Of a stretch of DNA of 64,000 nucleotides, positions 61,516 through 64,000 are shown piece by piece. This DNA comes from Malacoraja senta (Eukaryota). The stretch spans positions 63,302,001-63,366,000 of the forward strand of contig CM075982.1 of assembly GCA_038087875.1 (NCBI GenBank). Reading direction: 5' to 3'. Each line of letters starts with the position of its first letter. Within the stretch, counting starts at the first letter, position 1. A program made the translations under genes and the position numbers. The notes below the pieces were generated by a model. It did not search any database and was not told where the DNA came from. It saw only the letters and a program-made list of their open reading frames with translations.

Positions 61516-62343
61516 TCTGAGGTGGTGTAAAACAGATTTACTCAACCTCTTCCTATTGGCCAGGAAACATACTGATGTTAGTCCCTCTGTTTGCTACTAG
61601 ACTACAGAAGATAATGAACCTGCCTGCAGGTTTCAGTCAATGTTCCACCCGTATTAGACTGTCAGTAGCAAATTGAGAATAATGCAACATGGCCTTGTAG
61701 TTCATGTCACAATAGTAAGTACAAAACTACAGCCTGAAACTGTATTCACCATCCCAAATCACAGAAGTGCAAATGAATTATTTCCACCCAGAACTTTACA
61801 AAAATAAAAGCCCGAACAAAAATAAATTGCCCCATTAAAACCTTAAACTAAAAATAAAATTAATGCAGACTCGAATGCTTCTGCAGACACAATACTCTGC
61901 AATTACACAGCTGATCAGAGAAAACTAAATCAAAGACATCAGATCTGATAGTGACCATTTGTGAGGTGCTCATATTATTATGCATAACAGCAGGTTTATT
62001 CTACAAATACTAACTCACAACTCAAAGATCACTACAATACTGGAATCCAAGCCCAACATTTGAGGTTGGCGAACTTGTTGTTGAACACCGTATTTGAAGA
62101 TATTGGAAAAGCACATTCCAAATTGGCAGTGAGCTGCAATAAATTTGCTAAGTCCTTCATAAAAGTGGAAATTTGGACCCTTGAATAAAAACAGCACTCA
62201 AAAATAAATGTGGGAGGAAGTGCCACTAGTGAAACTAAAAAGTGTGCCGTTGTGCAAATAGGGAAAATATATATTTAAGAGCATTTAGGTCACCTAAAAT
62301 GTCTTTTTATGATTTTCAACACAATCATCATTTTTATATAGAA

Positions 62344-64000
62344 CTAGACTAAGTGGGACCCGTTGGGCCCCGTCCCCCAACGTAGAGGGGGTGGCGCAGC
62401 GTCACATGGGAGGACTGGTCACCGAATGCGGCGTCGGCGCTCACCCCGGAGACAGGCGCCCCCCTGGAGCCAATCACCTGTTCCCCCAACGTAACCCGTT
62501 CGCCCAACGCAATATTCCACCACTCACTCGTAGCCCCCAACTGTGCAGGTGCGGCTCATTTCCCCTCATCCCCCAACACTCCCTCCCCCTCCTCTTCACC
62601 CTCCCTCTTCTCTCCCCTCACCATTGGGCCCCTTTTCCCCAACGCAATATTCCACCACTCACCTGTTTCCCCAACGCAACCCGTTTCACCACTCACCCGT
62701 TCCCCCAACGCAATCATTCCTTCCCACGTGGGGGGGGCAGTCGGCACTTCCTAGAGCCAATGAATGGACTCGACTTTTGGGGCAGCGTCGACGCTCCCTT
62801 GAGCCAATCAATCCTTCCCGGGGGAGGGGGGGCACACACAAAAATCTCACTCTCTCCCCTTGAAGCTGCCCATTGTCTGTCACCTCTCCCTCCCTCTCCT
62901 TTTCCCTACCGTCAGTCACTCCCTCCCTCACCTGTTCCCTTTCGCACTCCCCACCAAAGACAATGTTTAAATAACATTTCTTCTCCTCCCATCCCCCACT
63001 CCGTCAACTCACATAGCTTGTGTATTAGCAGCAGAGATCACATTGTGATGTCATTTTCTGTTGTCGGAATGTTCACGGCAGCTTGTATAAATGAGATCCC
63101 ATTGTGATTGGCGGACTGTGAGATGCCATTGTGACATCATCACTGGAAGCTGCTAGAAAAGTCTCACTCTCACAGTCAGTTATTATTCTCAAAGTTGGCT
63201 TTTTTAAACCTTTAAATATCAATAACGTGAAATCTATATACTTAAAAGTCTCATCTTGGATGGGTATTTATTTGTGCGTTTGTGTATAATCACATCTTCT
63301 CGAAAAAACGCGCAAATGGTAAATTTTTTACATATTTCGGTAGAGATTTTTCCCGTGGTCCAAAATCGCCTTATCTGAAATTTTCATGCATTATTTCTAG
63401 AGTTATTATTGAAAATGTTCAAAAATCTGATAAAACTTTGAATTTAAAAACGACTCTTTCACTGATGACGTCACAATGGGTCTGCGTGCCCTTCTTCCTC
63501 ACGCTGCGAGTGACGTCACCCCCCCCGAGCTCTCCCTCCTCCCTCCCGTTATTCAAGACTCTGCCCACCACCCTCTCCAAAAGACGCAGAAAGAACGAGC
63601 AAGTCGGGCCCGCCCCGCTCGCCCACGCCCCCCCTTCTGCCCTCGTTGAGTTGACGGGACCGAGCTGTCGGGTCCCCACCCTCTCTGCGACCCCCCTCTC
63701 TCTCTGACCCCCCTCCCTCTCTCTGCCCTCTCTCACTGCCCCCTCCCTCTCTCTCTCTCTCTCTCTAGCCACACCTGCGAGTTGGGGGTATGCGTGAGTG
63801 GATAGGGCGGGGGATGGGGTAAAAGGAGCGAATAAATAATATTAATATAATATCAAGGGGGGAGGTGTGTGTGTGTGACGCTGCAGGCCGCCCCCTCCCC
63901 GCAACCGCGCGTTGAGGGGACGGGACCCAACGGGTCCCACTTGGTCTAGTATAACATAAAATCTGAAGGAAACTCGATTAGATCGACAACGGGAAACATC
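62344..64000 (-). mobile_element. Non-autonomous Helitron on the minus strand (3' end at 62344), interrupted by 63233-63949 and probably running past the window end
   Basis: Minus-strand end reads ggggcccaacgggtcccacttagtCTAG|T; internal ttcccccaacgcaa / ccaccactcac subrepeats. Confidence 0.75.
63233..63949 (+). mobile_element. Non-autonomous Helitron nested in the minus-strand Helitron
   Basis: A|TCTATATACTTAAAA start; GGGACCCaacGGGTCCC hairpin then CTAG|T; homologous to 37114-37882. Confidence 0.87.

Noticed and set aside
62391-63107. 238-aa proline-rich ORF with FPQRN repeats
   Set aside because: It is the translation of Helitron internal subrepeats and low-complexity C-rich DNA.
39266-64000. 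PTPN1 exon 1 and promoter
   Set aside because: No MExEFxxID...W..IYQ-type exon found by eye; CpG-rich patches near 62300-64000 belong to Helitrons, not a promoter island.

Overview
Eukaryotic genomic DNA, inferred to be from a cartilaginous fish (most likely a skate or ray, judged from the V-SINE/HE1-like SINE, CR1/HER1-like LINE and Penelope repeat content). It holds two convergent protein-coding genes. On the + strand are the last six coding exons of RIPOR3/FAM65C (984-12275). On the - strand are exons 2-9 of PTPN1/PTP1B (39265-18571); exon 1 was not found in the window, so intron 1 exceeds 24.7 kb. All exon boundaries were read from the sequence and splice phases are consistent. Introns are packed with transposable elements: Penelope-like (Neptune-type GIY-YIG) fragments and many copies of their terminal repeat, whose consensus carries a minimal hammerhead-ribozyme core; three non-autonomous Helitrons (one nested in another); a hAT element containing a 70-bp palindrome; two Harbinger-type MITEs; CR1, Rex1/Babar and RTE LINE fragments; V-SINEs; and a solo LTR. 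Apart from the gene exons, the ORFs in the track are TE fragments or spurious. The best candidate for an under-described system is the dispersed hammerhead-bearing Penelope terminal-repeat family. No intact novel protein-coding system was found.
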